This document shows positions 48,019 to 49,126 of a stretch of 49,126 nucleotides of DNA, piece by piece (position 1 is the stretch's first letter; the number at the start of each line of letters is the position of its first letter). The position numbers were made by a program, and so were the translations under genes. The stretch is from Candidatus Parcubacteria bacterium. Lineage in GTDB: Bacteria > Patescibacteriota > Patescibacteriia > UBA1558 > GWA2-36-10. The notes beneath the pieces were generated by a model, which worked only from the letters and a program-made list of their open reading frames with translations, was not told where the DNA came from and did no database searches. Location of the stretch: NCBI GenBank assembly GCA_018669975.1, contig JABHSK010000009.1, positions 1-49,126 on the forward strand, given 5' to 3'.

Positions 48019-49126
48019 ATGAAAAAAGCAATTTTTACGTTTATTGCTGTAATCTTAGCCCTACCAAATATAGGTCTAGCTACAAATCCTCCTGCTGATT
48101 GTAGCGATAATCTAATCACGCCGGTAGTCAGTGCTACAGAAAACAGCGATGACATCACTTTATCTTGGGAAGAAATTACCCATGAAGATCTAAATGGTTA
48201 TAAAGTGGTTATTTCTCAAAATGATTCCACACCAGTTTATCCAGCTAATGGTTATCTGAGATGGATCACTAACACCAGTATTGTCTCACAGGAAATAGAC
48301 AACTCCTCTTCTTATAGAAATGGAGATTTTGGCTCTTACTTGGATGAAGGCGAGGATTATTATTTCTCCATCACTGCAGTCTATGGTTGTGGTGAAAAAG
48401 TAGCTGGTAATGTCTTGCATTTAACCTACCCGGGAAGCAGCGACACAGACGACGACGAAGATGATGATGACACATCAAATGTGGCTACTCCTACTCCAGT
48501 GGTAAGTATTAGCTCCTCATCAGACGGCGTATTAGTCTCTTGGGAAAAAATTGATGACGCTAGATTCAATGGTTATAAAGTAGTAGCCTCAAAAAGTGAT
48601 TCTAAACCAGCTTATCCTGGCGATGGTTATTTAAAATATATAACCAATGAAGATACTACTAGCCATCTAATAAACAATTCCTCTGCTTATAGAAGTGGGG
48701 ACTTTGGATCATACTTCAAGGTTGATGAAGATTACTATTTCTCTATCACAGCCCTATATACCACTGGCAAAGTTGCTGGTAATGCCATTTTAGAGACCTA
48801 TGAAGGTCCAGAACATAACACACCAGTCAAACCAGACATTATTGTAGACCCAATAGTAGACATGGAGAAAAAAGCTCAATTATTATTAGGCAATAGCCTG
48901 GGAGATATTTTGGATGAATTAAAAGAATTACGTAGTATTGTTAAAGAACAACAAAATGAAATTAAGTATCTACGTTCTTTGGTAGCTGACGTAGCCAGTG
49001 TGGCCCAAAGTGTCAAAGATACCATCAATCAATTTATCACCTATGGTGTAGATACCAATACTAAGAATCTTGGTGAAGGTGAAAGAGCGGCAGTAATTCA
49101 TTCTTATAAATCTGCTTTTGGTAAAT
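48019..49126 (+). CDS. Secreted surface protein with two FN3-like repeats, 3'-truncated (missing from the ORF track)
   Basis: ATG 48019 gives the signal peptide MKKAIFTFIAVILALPNIGLA, and the frame is open to the window end. The repeat SWE.I....NGYKVV.S..DS.P.YP..GYL..IT...GDFGSY...EDYYFSITA.Y...KVAGN occurs twice; the visible end includes FITYGVD...LGEGERAAVIHSYK. Confidence 0.85.
   Translation, partial: MKKAIFTFIAVILALPNIGLATNPPADCSDNLITPVVSATENSDDITLSWEEITHEDLNGYKVVISQNDSTPVYPANGYLRWITNTSIVSQEIDNSSSYRNGDFGSYLDEGEDYYFSITAVYGCGEKVAGNVLHLTYPGSSDTDDDEDDDDTSNVATPTPVVSISSSSDGVLVSWEKIDDARFNGYKVVASKSDSKPAYPGDGYLKYITNEDTTSHLINNSSAYRSGDFGSYFKVDEDYYFSITALYTTGKVAGNAILETYEGPEHNTPVKPDIIVDPIVDMEKKAQLLLGNSLGDILDELKELRSIVKEQQNEIKYLRSLVADVASVAQSVKDTINQFITYGVDTNTKNLGEGERAAVIHSYKSAFGK

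Noticed and set aside
3681-48158. Numerous antisense ORFs of 60-170 aa inside pcrA, gyrA, rpsA, ftsH, pilB, pilC and others
   Set aside because: They lie within or largely overlap well-supported genes, as expected from codon bias, and have no independent signals.
1-49126. CRISPR array, integron attC array, prophage, tRNA or rRNA
   Set aside because: I saw no regularly spaced repeats, attC-like sites, integrase, phage structural genes or cloverleaf/rRNA sequence by eye. The cassette-like genes are dispersed and carry their own promoters, unlike integron cassettes.

Overview
AT-rich chromosomal segment that looks like Patescibacteria (CPR, Parcubacteria/ABY1-like). This is inferred from gene content: two PilB/GspE ATPases, PilC and several prepilins, GT-C glycosyltransferases, a ValRS with an inserted domain and mostly Shine-Dalgarno-less starts. 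The backbone carries uvrD/pcrA, ychF, queH-queA, ruvB, gyrA, rpsA, ftsH, valS, tsaE, tsaD, trmB, an AsnRS-like catalytic-domain protein, a nitroreductase, surface proteins and a type IV pilus cluster. I saw no rRNA, tRNA, CRISPR array or transposase. Three observations stand out. (1) Seven scattered, mostly GC-richer stand-alone genes share an expression architecture absent from the housekeeping starts I inspected: a TTGACA promoter in six of them, a boxA-like GTWCHYW motif 8-16 nt after the -10, a strong SD and a private terminator. (2) A valS T-box riboswitch has an ultra-short Stem I with a GUC specifier and a terminator that does not overlap the antiterminator. (3) pilC is split at an in-frame A_AAA_AAG slippery site preceded by an SD-like AGGGAAG. 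Other items are an RNase H-like nuclease-WYL fusion beside UvrD, a motif-permuted DHH-like protein and several candidate leaderless or structured-leader transcripts. All family assignments come from reading motifs; no database searches were run.
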